A stretch of 63,902 nt of DNA, the filler included. It is 8 parts of 8 records of this genome, joined end to end, with 100 filler letters (N's around TTAATTAATTAA, not from the genome) between each part and the next. Parts side by side here need not be neighbours in the genome. Positions count along the whole stretch, not along the records: positions 56,249 to 63,902 come from SRR31147125_7371; 7 more parts are not named here. The stretch is one strand, 5' to 3'. The notes below the pieces were generated by a model. That model did no database searches and had not been told where the DNA came from. It saw only the letters and a list, made by a program, of their open reading frames with translations. A program made the position numbers and the translations under genes. This document shows, piece after piece, positions 63,794 through 63,902 of the stretch (within the stretch, counting starts at the first letter, position 1; every line of letters starts with the position of its first letter).

Positions 63794-63902
63794 TTCTCCT
63801 CCTCTATCCTTTTATATTTCTGTTAACTTAAATTTATACGAATCACTCCTAAGTATTTACTGTATAATGTTGTGACCAAACGCCATTATCTTCGACAAAA
63901 AA

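Noticed and set aside
63849-63902. 3' end of an upstream gene on the minus strand (FFVEDNGVWSQHYTVNT*)
   Set aside because: Only 17 codons are visible, too few to call.

Overview
This window is not one locus. It is eight unrelated contigs joined by seven identical 100-nt spacers (44 N + TTAATTAATTAA + 44 N); taxon assignments below are inferred from gene content and composition only. (1) 1-7063, AT-rich anaerobe: livF, PHP phosphatase, DPSL-type ferritin, MarC, pyruvate carboxylase. (2) 7164-12903, sulfate-reducer-like: HdrA-MvhD fusion, HdrD-like protein, tmcD, tmcC. (3) 13004-19407, Bacteroidota-like: two GH78 enzymes, an ADP-ribosylglycohydrolase-fold lipoprotein, YdjC. (4) 19508-27162, AT-rich: RND efflux system and amino-acid ABC transporter. 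(5) 27263-33554, Bacteroidota-like: AraC regulator, sugar porter, unknown secreted enzyme, selU, selD. (6) 33655-44725, Desulfobacterales-like: transglutaminase-like protein; a TonB receptor divergent from an ABC importer whose ATPase is fused to an NTPase, followed by divergent CcsA-like and ResB-like genes; a PEP-CTERM gene with a sigma-54 promoter and a GEMM-like leader. (7) 44826-56148, clostridial-like: glyoxylate carboligase-like operon and a GH32/sugar ABC cluster. (8) 56249-63902, AT-rich: a ~1560-aa membrane-anchored ankyrin protein followed by alpha-2-macroglobulin. About ten single-base frameshifts split genes and most likely are sequencing errors. The best candidate for an undescribed system is the TonB/ABC/NTPase/CcsA-ResB-like locus (35771-43675). 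Next are the ankyrin + alpha-2-macroglobulin operon, the variant GEMM leader and the Glu-retaining Gcl-like enzyme. No rRNA, tRNA, CRISPR array or intact mobile element was seen.
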